Source of the DNA: Anaerolineae bacterium
Lineage (GTDB): Bacteria > Chloroflexota > Anaerolineae > JACIWR01
Assembly: GCA_024653325.1 (NCBI GenBank)
Contig: JANLFX010000006.1
Location: 2,803 to 66,802 of the forward strand
Reading direction: 5' to 3'
Length of the DNA stretch: 64,000 bases
Positions 16,440-24,410 of this stretch are shown piece by piece. The position numbers and the translations under genes are program-made. The notes beneath the pieces were generated by a model. It did no database searches. It saw nothing but the letters and a program-made list of their open reading frames with translations, and had not been told where the DNA came from. Positions within the stretch are counted from its first letter, which is position 1. Each line of letters begins with the position of its first letter.

Positions 16440-18447
16440 AGACAAGTCCCTGGTCATTGTCGAATCGCCGACTAAAGCGCGCACCATTCAACCGCTGCTG
16501 GGCAGCAATTATCACGTGCTGGCCTCCATGGGCCACGTGCGTGATCTGCCGCAAAAGGAGCTGGGTGTAGACATCGAGAACGGCTTCACCCCCCATTACG
16601 TCACCGCGCCCAAGAAACGCGAGGCGATCAAGCGTCTGAAGGAGGCCGTCCAGGAGGCAGGGGCCATCTATCTGGCCACTGACCCCGACCGCGAGGGTGA
16701 GGCTATCGCCTGGCATGTGTTGCAGGTGGCGCGTCCGGCGGCGGGTGTCCCCGTGCACCGCGTCACTTTTCACCAGATCACCCCGGCGGCGGTGCGTGAG
16801 GCCTTCCAGCAGGCAGGTGCGCTGAACATGGCTCTGGTGGAGGCGCAGCAGGCCCGCCGCGTCCTCGACCGGCTGGTGGGCTACAAAGTCAGTCCCTTGT
16901 TGTGGAAAAGGGTTAGCGGCAAGGGACTATCCGCGGGGCGGGTGCAGACGGCAGCCCTGCGTCTGGTGGTCGAGCGGGAACGGGAGATCGCTGCCTTCGT
17001 GCCGGTGGAATATTGGTCATTGCACGCCCGCCTGCAGCAGCGCGTGGCCGAACCGGTGCCGTTCCTGGCCGAACTGTGGCGTATCGGCGAGGAGAAGCCT
17101 GATCTCAAAAACCGGGCCGATGCCGAGGCCATCATCCAGTCATTGCAGGGCGCGGATTACGCCGTGGACCAGGTGGAGACTAAGCGCCAGGAGCGTCAAC
17201 CTGACCCGCCGTTCACCACCAGCACCATGCAACAGGCCGCTTCCAGCCGGCTGCACTTCTCGCCCGCCCAAACGATGCGTTTGGCCCAGCAACTCTATGA
17301 GGGGGTGGACGTCGGCGAGGGCAGTCCGGTAGGGCTGATTACCTACATGCGCACCGATTCCACCCACATCGCCCCGGAGGCCCAGCAAGCGGCTCGCGAA
17401 CTCATCGCCCGCATCTGGGGTACGGATTATCTGCCGCTGCGCCCGCCCCAGTACAAGACCAAGGTCAAATCTGCCCAGGAAGCCCACGAAGCCATTCGCC
17501 CCACAGACGTCAACCGCACGCCGAAGGCTGTGCGCCCGTACCTGGACGAGAAGCAGGCTGCCTTGTACGAGCTCATCTGGCGGCGGTTCGTGGCCAGCCA
17601 AATGGCTGCCGCCGTCTACGATGTGACCACTGCTTTCATCGCCACGGCACGAGATGGTCAACGGCTGCCGTATCTTTTTCGCGCGCGGGGGCGGGTGTGT
17701 CTGTTTGACGGTTTCCTGAAAGTGTACGAGGAGGTTGTTGACGAGGAGGAGAAGGGCGAGGAAGAGGGCGCACTGCCGCCGTTGAAAGCAGGCGAGCCGC
17801 TGGACCTGCTGGAGCTGATCCCGGAGCAGCACTGGACCAAGCCGCCGCCTCGTTACACCGAGGCCAGCCTGATCAAGGCTCTGGAACAGCGGGGCATCGG
17901 GCGACCGTCTACCTATGCCAGCATCGTCAGCACCATCAAGGACCGACGGTATGTCGAGCGGGAAAAGCGCTACCTGGTGCCCACCGAGTTGGGTTGCGCG
18001 GTACTGGACCTGCTGGTCGCTTTCTTCCCCGATTTGTTCGCCTACGAGTTCACCGCGCGCATGGAGGACGAGCTGGATGACATTGCCAACGGTCAGCGGA
18101 CGCGGCTGGCCGTGTTGAACGCTTTCTGGGCGGCCTTCGAACCGCAGTTGCAGCGGGCCCAGGCGGAGATGCCTCGCGTCGAGATTCAGCGTGAACCGCC
18201 GCAGCCCACCGGCGAGAAGTGCCCCCTCTGCGGCGGCGAATTGGTGCGGCGGCAGGGGCGCTACGGCCCCTTCATCGGCTGTGCCAACTTCCCGAAATGT
18301 CGCTACATTCAGCGCCAGGAGCCGGAGAAGACGGGCCGCCAGTGTCCGCTCTGCGGTGGCGACCTGGTGATCAGGCGCAGCAAGCGGGGGCCGTTCGTGG
18401 GGTGCAGCAATTATCCGGAGTGCAAATACGTGGACCGCAGTTCTTAG
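16432..18447 (+). CDS. topA: DNA topoisomerase I
   Basis: MSKDKSLVIVESPTKARTI (Toprim), active-site region YMRTDST, and two C-terminal zinc ribbons (CPLCGGELV...CANFPKC, CPLCGGDLV...CSNYPEC). Confidence 0.95.
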   Translation: MSKDKSLVIVESPTKARTIQPLLGSNYHVLASMGHVRDLPQKELGVDIENGFTPHYVTAPKKREAIKRLKEAVQEAGAIYLATDPDREGEAIAWHVLQVARPAAGVPVHRVTFHQITPAAVREAFQQAGALNMALVEAQQARRVLDRLVGYKVSPLLWKRVSGKGLSAGRVQTAALRLVVEREREIAAFVPVEYWSLHARLQQRVAEPVPFLAELWRIGEEKPDLKNRADAEAIIQSLQGADYAVDQVETKRQERQPDPPFTTSTMQQAASSRLHFSPAQTMRLAQQLYEGVDVGEGSPVGLITYMRTDSTHIAPEAQQAARELIARIWGTDYLPLRPPQYKTKVKSAQEAHEAIRPTDVNRTPKAVRPYLDEKQAALYELIWRRFVASQMAAAVYDVTTAFIATARDGQRLPYLFRARGRVCLFDGFLKVYEEVVDEEEKGEEEGALPPLKAGEPLDLLELIPEQHWTKPPPRYTEASLIKALEQRGIGRPSTYASIVSTIKDRRYVEREKRYLVPTELGCAVLDLLVAFFPDLFAYEFTARMEDELDDIANGQRTRLAVLNAFWAAFEPQLQRAQAEMPRVEIQREPPQPTGEKCPLCGGELVRRQGRYGPFIGCANFPKCRYIQRQEPEKTGRQCPLCGGDLVIRRSKRGPFVGCSNYPECKYVDRSS

Positions 18448-18482
18448 CTGCAGGTTCCAAACTTGCGGAAGGATTATATTAC

Positions 18483-18511
18483 TTGCGCCAGAATGCAAAA
18501 AGGGGTAAAAT
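18483..18511 (+). promoter_or_regulatory. candidate promoter TTGCGC - 17 nt - TAAAAT for the CDF gene
   Basis: TTGCGC 18483-18488, 17-nt spacer, TAAAAT 18506-18511. Confidence 0.4.
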
Positions 18512-18527
18512 TACGACCAACTTTCAG

Positions 18528-18553
18528 GCACGCCCTCAGCATAAAGGGCGTGC
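18528..18553 (+). other. 9-bp-stem hairpin in the CDF 5' leader
   Basis: GCACGCCCT cagcataa AGGGCGTGC, ending 10 nt before the GGGAGAGG RBS. Function unknown. Confidence 0.5.
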
Positions 18554-18572
18554 GAACGTGTAGGGAGAGGTT

Positions 18573-19961
18573 ATGGATAACTTTCGTGCCATCCGGCGGG
18601 TGCTGTGGATCACCATGGGGCTTAACCTGGTGGCCACCGCCGCCAAACTGATTGTCGGCTACTGGACCGGCTCGCTGAGCCTGATCGCCGACGGTTTCGA
18701 CTCGGTCTTCGATTCAGCCTCCAACGTGATCGGTCTGATAGGCATTTACGTGGCTGCCCGGCCCGCCGATGAAGATCATCCATACGGGCACCGTAAGGCG
18801 GAAACCCTGGCCTCGCTGATCATCGCCGGGCTTCTCTTTCTGACCACCTGGGAGTTGATCAAGAGCGCGGTGGAGCGGTTGCGCAACCCCGCGCTCATTC
18901 AGTTAGAGGTCAACCTCTGGAGTTTCGGTGCACTGCTGGTCAGCATTGTTGTGCACATGACCGTGGTGTGGTACGAGTTGCGAGCGGGCCGTCGTCTGCA
19001 AAGTGACATTCTGGTGGCTGATGCCCTGCATACCCGCGCCGACATCTTCGTGTCCCTGTCCGTGGTCGGTGGACTGATCGCCGTGCGCGTGGGCTACCCC
19101 ATTGCCGATCCGATCCTGGCCCTGGTCATCGCCCTGGTCATCGCCAAAATCGGGATAGATATTATCCGCGAGAGCTCACCCACGCTGATGGACGAAGCGG
19201 CGATGATTCCAGGGAAGGTAGAGCAGATTGCCTTATCGGTGCCCGGGGTCGTTTCCTGCCATAGAGTGCGCAGCCGGGGTCATGAGGGTGCCGTGTACGC
19301 CGACCTGCACATCCGGGTCGATCCAAACATGAGCACCGAACAGGCCCATGCCGTCGCTCACGAGGTACAATACCGCATCCGTGAGCGTCGTCCTGATGTT
19401 CAGGACGTGACTATCCATGTGGAACCGGCCGGCTCCCGTCCTGCAGTACAGGGTTGGGAAGATGTGGCTCTCCAGCTTCGCCGGCTGGCTACCGGGTTGG
19501 GAATGGAGATTCACGATTTGTGGGCTTATGAACTGGGTGGACGTTACTATGTTGAGGCTCATCTGGAAGCGGAGGGAACTCTCCCATTGCGTCAGGCACA
19601 CAAATCGGCTTCACTGCTGGAGGAACGAGCTCAGGCGGTGATTCCCAACCTGGCCGAATTGACCATTCATATCGAACCGCACGGGCAGTTGATTCAAGCG
19701 TCCGTCCCCGGTATGGCGGAAGAAGAGGTGATCGCAGCAGTACAGCGGGTAGTGGATGAAGCTTTCCCCACCCAGGCTTGTCATCAGGTGCAGGTGCGGC
19801 GGAGCAATGGAGGATGGCTGGTATCCATGCACTGCTATCTGCCGGGTGATATTCTCCTGGAAGAAGCTCATCGGCTGACTGTGCGGGTGGAAACTTTGTT
19901 GAGAAGCGAGGTGCCGGGGCTGGAACGGGTGATTATTCATGCCGAACCCCTGGAAGAATAA
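18573..19961 (+). CDS. cation diffusion facilitator (CDF) metal efflux transporter with three tandem cytoplasmic C-terminal domains
   Basis: SLIADGFDSVFD and HPYGHRKAE motifs in the TM domain. Three successive alpha-beta modules follow, each ending (T/I)IH(V/I/A)EP. Confidence 0.9.
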   Translation: MDNFRAIRRVLWITMGLNLVATAAKLIVGYWTGSLSLIADGFDSVFDSASNVIGLIGIYVAARPADEDHPYGHRKAETLASLIIAGLLFLTTWELIKSAVERLRNPALIQLEVNLWSFGALLVSIVVHMTVVWYELRAGRRLQSDILVADALHTRADIFVSLSVVGGLIAVRVGYPIADPILALVIALVIAKIGIDIIRESSPTLMDEAAMIPGKVEQIALSVPGVVSCHRVRSRGHEGAVYADLHIRVDPNMSTEQAHAVAHEVQYRIRERRPDVQDVTIHVEPAGSRPAVQGWEDVALQLRRLATGLGMEIHDLWAYELGGRYYVEAHLEAEGTLPLRQAHKSASLLEERAQAVIPNLAELTIHIEPHGQLIQASVPGMAEEEVIAAVQRVVDEAFPTQACHQVQVRRSNGGWLVSMHCYLPGDILLEEAHRLTVRVETLLRSEVPGLERVIIHAEPLEE

Positions 19962-19991
19962 GGGGCGACCGGTCGGTCGCCCCTATTTTTT
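19962..19991. terminator. bidirectional terminator hairpin between the convergent CDF and glnA genes
   Basis: GGGGCGACC ggtc GGTCGCCCC followed by TATTTTTT on the plus strand, with an A/T-rich flank on the other side. Confidence 0.8.
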
Positions 19992-19996
19992 GCCAT

Positions 19997-21328
19997 TCAC
20001 AGAGTTTCCAGGTAGCGATTCAGTTCCCAATCAGTGACCTGGATACGATATTCGTCCCATTCGGCCCGCTTGGCCCGGACGAAGGCCTGGTACGTGTGCT
20101 GACCCAGGGCCTGTTGTATCACCTCATCACGTTCTAATTCGTTGAGAGCCTCTTCCAACGTGCCCGGCAGGGTAGCGATCCCCAGTTCGCGCAGGCGTGA
20201 GTCGTCGAAGTGATACACGTCTTCTTCCACTGGCGGCGGCGGCTCTAGCTGGCGACGGATGCCGTCTAACCCGGCCATGAGCATGGCGGCGAAGGCCAGG
20301 TAGGGGTTGGCGCTGGGGTCGGGACAGCGCAGTTCGGCGCGGGCGGAATTGTTGTGGCCGGGCAGGTAACTGGGGATGCGGATCAGGGCCGAGCGGTTCA
20401 CGCGAGCCCAACAGATGTACACCGGCGCCTCGTAGCCGGGGGTCAGGCGTTTATAGGAGTTCACCGTGGGTGCAACCACGGCGGCCAGAGCGCGGGCGTG
20501 GGCCATTTGTCCGGCGATGAAGTGGTAAGCCAGCGGCGAGAGGTGGTAGCGGTCATTACCGTCGAAAAACGCGTTCTCTCCCGCCAGGGTGAACAGGCTC
20601 TGGTGGGTATGCATCCCCGAACCGTTGATACCGAAAATGGGTTTGGGCATGAAAGTGGCGTACAGGTCATAAGCGGCAGCGATGGCTTTGATGGTGTAAC
20701 GCATGGTGATCACGTGGTCGGCGCTGGTCAGCGCTTCGGCGAAGCGAATATCAATCTCGTGCTGGCCGGTAGCTACTTCGTGGTGGGCTGTCTCCACCTG
20801 CATGCTCATCGCTTCCAGGGTGGTGATGATGTCGCCGCGCACCGAAGAGGCCAGGTCACGGGGGGAGAAGTCGAAATAGCTGCCCACATCGTGGGGCACA
20901 GGGTGGAAGGGTCGGCCGTCCTTCTTGAACAAGAAGAACTCCAGCTCGGCGCCGGTGTTGTAGATGTAGCCCATGTCCCGTGCCTGAGCCAGCGCCCGTT
21001 TGAGAATGTATCTCGGATCGCCGGGGAAGGGCTGGCCGTCCGGACGGCAAACGTCGCAGATGAGGCGCGCGTGACGGCGTTCCGGCGGTTCCCAGGGCAG
21101 CACGCAATAGGTGCCAACGTCCGGACGCAGGACCATGTCGCTCTCGCAGATACGGGCGAAGCCTTCCACGGAGGACCCGTCGAACCATACGCCCCGGTCC
21201 AGTGCCTCGGCCAATTGTCTGGCGGGGATAGTTACACTCTTGATGTTGCCCAGAATGTCGGTGAATTGCAGGCTGATAAACTTTACCCGATCATCCTCAA
21301 CCCGATGCAAAAGCTCCTTTGTCTCCAT
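19997..21328 (-). CDS. glnA: glutamine synthetase, type I
   Basis: METKELLHRVEDDRVKFISLQFTDILG..., MPKPIFGINGSGMHTHQSL, NPYLAFAAMLMAGLDG. ATG 21328 is preferred (9 nt after AAAGGGG); ATG 21334 is also possible. Confidence 0.95.
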   Translation of the reverse strand: METKELLHRVEDDRVKFISLQFTDILGNIKSVTIPARQLAEALDRGVWFDGSSVEGFARICESDMVLRPDVGTYCVLPWEPPERRHARLICDVCRPDGQPFPGDPRYILKRALAQARDMGYIYNTGAELEFFLFKKDGRPFHPVPHDVGSYFDFSPRDLASSVRGDIITTLEAMSMQVETAHHEVATGQHEIDIRFAEALTSADHVITMRYTIKAIAAAYDLYATFMPKPIFGINGSGMHTHQSLFTLAGENAFFDGNDRYHLSPLAYHFIAGQMAHARALAAVVAPTVNSYKRLTPGYEAPVYICWARVNRSALIRIPSYLPGHNNSARAELRCPDPSANPYLAFAAMLMAGLDGIRRQLEPPPPVEEDVYHFDDSRLRELGIATLPGTLEEALNELERDEVIQQALGQHTYQAFVRAKRAEWDEYRIQVTDWELNRYLETL

Positions 21329-21362
21329 AATCATTTTCCCCTTTAGTTTCTACCAAAACCGG

Positions 21363-21389
21363 GTGGGACAGGCTTAAAGCCTATCCTAC
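21363..21389. repeat. GTAG-flanked hairpin element just upstream of the glnA RBS
   Basis: Minus strand GTAGGATAGGC tttaa GCCTGTCCCAC. Confidence 0.75.
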
Positions 21390-21405
21390 TAAACTGGACA
21401 CTGGC

Positions 21406-21549
21406 GATTTTGCTCGTAGTAACGACTTTAGTCGTTCAGGGCGTGCTGAAAGCGAGTAAAGTCGCTACTACGAACCCGATTTTGCTTGTAGTAACGACTT
21501 TAGTCGTTCAGGGCGTGCTGAAAGCGAGTAAAGTCGCTACTACGAACCC
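21406..21549. repeat. 2 x 72 bp tandem repeat in the glnA leader; each unit folds into a 22-bp-arm hairpin
   Basis: Units 21406-21477 and 21478-21549 differ at one base. Within a unit, cgtagtaacgactttagtcgtt pairs with agcgagtaaagtcgctactacg (2 mismatches, 1 GU). Confidence 0.95.
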
Positions 21550-21620
21550 TACCTCTTGTGCTCCCCAGGTTGCTGAGTCCAAGATGTGGGTGTCTCCAAA
21601 ATTCGCCAGACTCCAGCTAC

Positions 21621-21651
21621 TAAAAACAAAAAGGGCACAACGCATGTGCCC
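21621..21651 (-). terminator. rho-independent terminator after the ANTAR regulator gene
   Basis: Minus strand GGGCACA tgcgt TGTGCCC followed by TTTTTGTTTTT. Confidence 0.85.
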
Positions 21652-21760
21652 TGACCACGTCTTTGTACTGAGGGCCCTTTGGCTAGGCGAGATGCCCGCT
21701 CACCTGGAATACCGCTGTGCGTGAGCTGTCTGATAAGTTCCGTTGTGTCCGTATCGCAGG

Positions 21761-22345
21761 TTATCCTTCCTTCGCCTGATGGGCCAGGATAATGGCCTCC
21801 GCTACTTCTTTCATCGGCTTACGGGTGTTCATACTCATCTTCTGAATTTTGCAAAAGGCCTCGGCCTCGGTCAGACCCTGCGTGTCCATTAGAATACCTT
21901 TGGCCCGGTCCACGAATTTGCGCGTTTCCAGCGCCTGTTTAAGATCGCCCACCTCTTTCTCCAAAGCGCGGAATTCGTTGAAGCGGGCCAGGGCTACTTC
22001 GATGGCCGGAGCCAGGTCTCCTTCATGGAAAGGCTTAACGATATAGCCCGTTACCCCTGCTTCCTTGGCCCGTTCGACCAGCTCGCGCTGGCTATAGGCA
22101 GTGAGCAGCACCACGGGCGCGATCCGTTCTTCCGTCAGTATGGCCGCGGCTTCGATGCCGTCCATGTCCGGCATCTTGATGTCCATGATGACCACGTCTG
22201 GACGCAGTTCGCGGGCCAGGTTAACGGCGCTACGGCCATCACCTACCTCTCCTACGACCAGGTAATCCAGATTAGTCAGCATTTCCCGCAAATCTTTGCG
22301 GATCAGGGATTCATCGTCGGCAATGATGACTCTTGTGCGTTCCAA
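21761..22345 (-). CDS. response regulator with ANTAR RNA-binding output domain (PdtaR/AmiR-like)
   Basis: TTG 22345 lies 8 nt after GGAGG, one base past the kinase stop. RVIIADDE...DVVIMDIKMPDMDG receiver domain. C-terminal RKFVDRAKGILM...KIQKMSMNTRKPMKEVAEAII is ANTAR-like. Confidence 0.9.
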   Translation of the reverse strand: MERTRVIIADDESLIRKDLREMLTNLDYLVVGEVGDGRSAVNLARELRPDVVIMDIKMPDMDGIEAAAILTEERIAPVVLLTAYSQRELVERAKEAGVTGYIVKPFHEGDLAPAIEVALARFNEFRALEKEVGDLKQALETRKFVDRAKGILMDTQGLTEAEAFCKIQKMSMNTRKPMKEVAEAIILAHQAKEG

Positions 22346-22346
22346 T

Positions 22347-23828
22347 TTACTTACCTCCGAGTGTTTGTTTAGGGAAGCGGACAATGGCCCGTACGCCGTG
22401 GCCATTGAGCAATTCAAATTCACCTCGTAGATCGTCTTGAACCAGCGTGCGCACAATCTGGAGGCCCAGACTTTCCACCTGGTCCAGGGAAAAATCGGGG
22501 GGAAGTCCTTGCCCGTCGTCCGTGACTGCGATCTCCACCTGATCGCCATGATCCTCCAGGCGAATAGTGATGGTCCCTCCTGGCAGGCGTACATATCCAT
22601 GTTCCACCGCGTTTTGCAGGAGTTCGTTAATCACCAGGGCGCAGGCTGTTGCCTGTTGGGCCGGCAGGTAGATACCGGGCCCTTCCAGGGCCAGGGTGAT
22701 CCCTTTCGTCGGGTCGAGGGTACTTTCCTCCGTCTGCTGAATGATCCGCCGGCTGATCTCGCGGATGTTGATGGCCTGAGAGCTGTGTTGAGAGAGAAAA
22801 TCATGGACCACTGCGATGCTGAGCACGCGGTTCACGCTATCTTCCAGTATACGGCGGCTTTCTTTGGAAGTAATGCGCCGGGCCTGCATGCGGAGCAGAG
22901 CAGCAATGACCTGGAGGTTGTTTTTTACCCGGTGGTGAACCTCCTGAATCATCGTAGTCTTGACCTTGAGCTCTTGTTCTTTGCGGCGCTCCTCCGTCTC
23001 ATCGTGGATGGTAAGCATGGCTCCCACCAGAACTGGTTCCAGTGGAGGCAGCCCCGCCAGCCGGCGTAGTCGGTTGCGCCATTCGCGCTGGGCCAGCAGA
23101 GGGATAGCCTTGCGGATCAGTATTCGGTCACCGCTGGCGGCCTCGCGTTCTTTGCAGCTCATTTCCTGCATGGCCTGGGTAACCATGGTTTCATCTTCTC
23201 GTTCCAGACTGGAGATACGTCTGTCTATCAGGCTATCCAGGTAGCCCAGCTTACGGTACAGGTTGGTGGCTATACCGCTGGCATAGCGCACACGCCAGCC
23301 GATGTCCACCACCAGGATGCCATCGTGTTCGCCGAAGGGTGAGAGGTTCTCCGCGCCGGTGATTTGCCCCTGGAGGAGCATGTGCTGCAATTGGGTCACT
23401 GCCCGCTGGAATACCTTGCTGCGGCGCAGATGGCGCACATGCTCGATGTGATTGCGTTCAATGCTCACCGCGCCAATCATTGCTCCGGCCTGATTGCGTA
23501 TGGGGTAGACCTGCTGAACAACCGGAGCGCCGTTGGCGATGAGCACCAGATGGCCTCTGCCAGCCCGGCCATGGCATAAAGCCTGAAAAACATGCGGCTC
23601 ATCTTTCGGCGATACCACCCGCCCGCACAAATCGCTGGCATATACGGGCAAGATGGAGTGGGGTCGCGCTTGAGCCACCACTACGGCTTCCTGGGCGGAT
23701 TTCAGGCAGTAGACCAGCACGTCAGCCCGGCTGATGTCCGACACGATGGGCATCTGCTTTTCTATACGCTGCAAGAAGGCGATGTCCGTTGGACTTAGAT
23801 TGAGACAACTGTAGACAGCCTCGTCCAT
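22347..23828 (-). CDS. sensor histidine kinase, PdtaS-like (GAF/PAS - HisKA_2 - HATPase)
   Basis: ATG 23828 lies 5 nt after GGAGTGGAG. H box EVHHRVKNNLQVIAALLRMQ. ATPase motifs NELLQNAVEHG, DDGQGLP, LGLQIV. Confidence 0.85.
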   Translation of the reverse strand: MDEAVYSCLNLSPTDIAFLQRIEKQMPIVSDISRADVLVYCLKSAQEAVVVAQARPHSILPVYASDLCGRVVSPKDEPHVFQALCHGRAGRGHLVLIANGAPVVQQVYPIRNQAGAMIGAVSIERNHIEHVRHLRRSKVFQRAVTQLQHMLLQGQITGAENLSPFGEHDGILVVDIGWRVRYASGIATNLYRKLGYLDSLIDRRISSLEREDETMVTQAMQEMSCKEREAASGDRILIRKAIPLLAQREWRNRLRRLAGLPPLEPVLVGAMLTIHDETEERRKEQELKVKTTMIQEVHHRVKNNLQVIAALLRMQARRITSKESRRILEDSVNRVLSIAVVHDFLSQHSSQAINIREISRRIIQQTEESTLDPTKGITLALEGPGIYLPAQQATACALVINELLQNAVEHGYVRLPGGTITIRLEDHGDQVEIAVTDDGQGLPPDFSLDQVESLGLQIVRTLVQDDLRGEFELLNGHGVRAIVRFPKQTLGGK

Positions 23829-23958
23829 GAACGCTCCACTCCGGGGCATTCTGGGTTACGTTTTTGTCAGGTTTGCTGGTTATGAAGAATGGCCGACAGC
23901 GAGAGAAAACCATCGGCCATCCTGGCTGGCGAAAGGCACAACGCCAGTCGCCTCGAAT

Positions 23959-24036
23959 TGGTCGGGGCGGCCGGATTTGAACCGGCGACCCCTTGAACCC
24001 CATTCAAGTGCGCTAGCCGGACTGCGCTACGCCCCG
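23959..24036 (-). tRNA. tRNA-Pro (anticodon GGG), CCA encoded
   Basis: rc: CGGGGCG TA GCGC agtccggcta GCGC a CTTGA atGGGgt TCAAG gggtc GCCGG ttcaaat CCGGC CGCCCCG A CCA. Confidence 0.9.
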
Positions 24037-24083
24037 ACGACGGGATATTATAACAGATAGCTGTGGATTTGGCAAGTTCGTAA

Positions 24084-24106
24084 GCGCAGGCTTAAGCCTG
24101 TGCTAC
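24084..24106. repeat. GTAG-flanked hairpin in the tRNA operon spacer
   Basis: Minus strand GTAGCACAGGC ttaa GCCTGCGC. Confidence 0.7.
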
Positions 24107-24111
24107 TTTGA

Positions 24112-24183
24112 TGGGCCCTGCTGGGTTCGAACCAGCGACCAACCGGTTATGAGCCGGTCGCTCTGCCGCTGAGCTAAGGGCCC
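24112..24183 (-). tRNA. tRNA with CAU anticodon, probably tRNA-Ile2 (lysidine type) rather than elongator Met; no CCA encoded
   Basis: rc: GGGCCCT TA GCTC agcggca GAGC g ACCGG ctCATaa CCGGT tggtc GCTGG ttcgaac CCAGC AGGGCCC A. It lacks the three G-C pairs of an initiator anticodon stem. C4-C5, the variable loop UGGUC and the T arm resemble E. coli ileX as I recall it. Confidence 0.85.
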
Positions 24184-24185
24184 TC

Positions 24186-24260
24186 TGGAGCGGGAGACGG
24201 GATTTGAACCCGCAACCCACGGCTTGGAAGGCCGATGCGCTACCGTTGCGCTACTCCCGC
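24186..24260 (-). tRNA. tRNA-Gly (anticodon UCC), CCA encoded
   Basis: rc: GCGGGAG TA GCGC aacggta GCGC a TCGGC ctTCCaa GCCGT gggtt GCGGG ttcaaat CCCGT CTCCCGC T CCA. Confidence 0.9.
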
Positions 24261-24263
24261 GTG

Positions 24264-24338
24264 TCGGGGCGGGCGGACTCGAACCGCCGACCTCGCGGTC
24301 CCAAACCGCGCGCTCTAACCAACCTGAGCTACGCCCCG
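24264..24338 (-). tRNA. tRNA-Pro (anticodon UGG), no CCA encoded
   Basis: rc: CGGGGCG TA GCTC aggttggtta GAGC g CGCGG ttTGGga CCGCG aggtc GGCGG ttcgagt CCGCC CGCCCCG A. Confidence 0.9.
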
Positions 24339-24348
24339 GACACGAATA

Positions 24349-24377
24349 AGTATATCTGATTTGAGCCAAAACGTCAA
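24349..24377 (-). promoter_or_regulatory. promoter of the tRNA operon (TTGACG - 17 nt - TATACT)
   Basis: Minus strand TTGACG (24377-24372), 17-nt spacer, TATACT (24354-24349). The first tRNA starts 11 nt downstream of the -10. Confidence 0.6.
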
Positions 24378-24384
24378 GCCGAAT

Positions 24385-24410
24385 GTGGGACAAGCTTAAG
24401 CTTCTCCTAC
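24385..24410. repeat. GTAG-flanked hairpin whose GTAG supplies the TAG stop of the nuclease gene
   Basis: Minus strand GTAGGAGAAGC ttaa GCTTGTCCCAC. The TAG is at 24409-24407. Confidence 0.8.

Noticed and set aside
17140-18498. 452-aa ORF antisense to topA
   Set aside because: It lies entirely within the opposite strand of a confidently identified gene. Its composition is Arg/Gly/Ala/Leu-rich, typical of mirror frames in GC-rich DNA, and it has no RBS.
18448-18572. NiCo (czcD-type) metal riboswitch upstream of the CDF exporter
   Set aside because: After subtracting the promoter, the leader is only about 55 nt with a single simple hairpin. That is too small for the four-way-junction NiCo fold, and I recognised no conserved junction nucleotides.
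20354-21346. 330-aa ORF antisense to glnA. Similar antisense ORFs lie opposite the binding-protein and permease genes, for example 37581..38654, 33422..34333, 32757..33425 and 42410..43240.
   Set aside because: They overlap strong sense-strand genes, have low-complexity Gly/Arg/His-rich sequence, and show no translation signals.
21406-21549. Canonical ANTAR dual-hexaloop target
   Set aside because: The only hexaloop on the glnA-sense strand is CUUUAC. It lacks the A1/G4 signature, and no overlapping terminator is present. Only the weaker hypothesis is kept in the findings.
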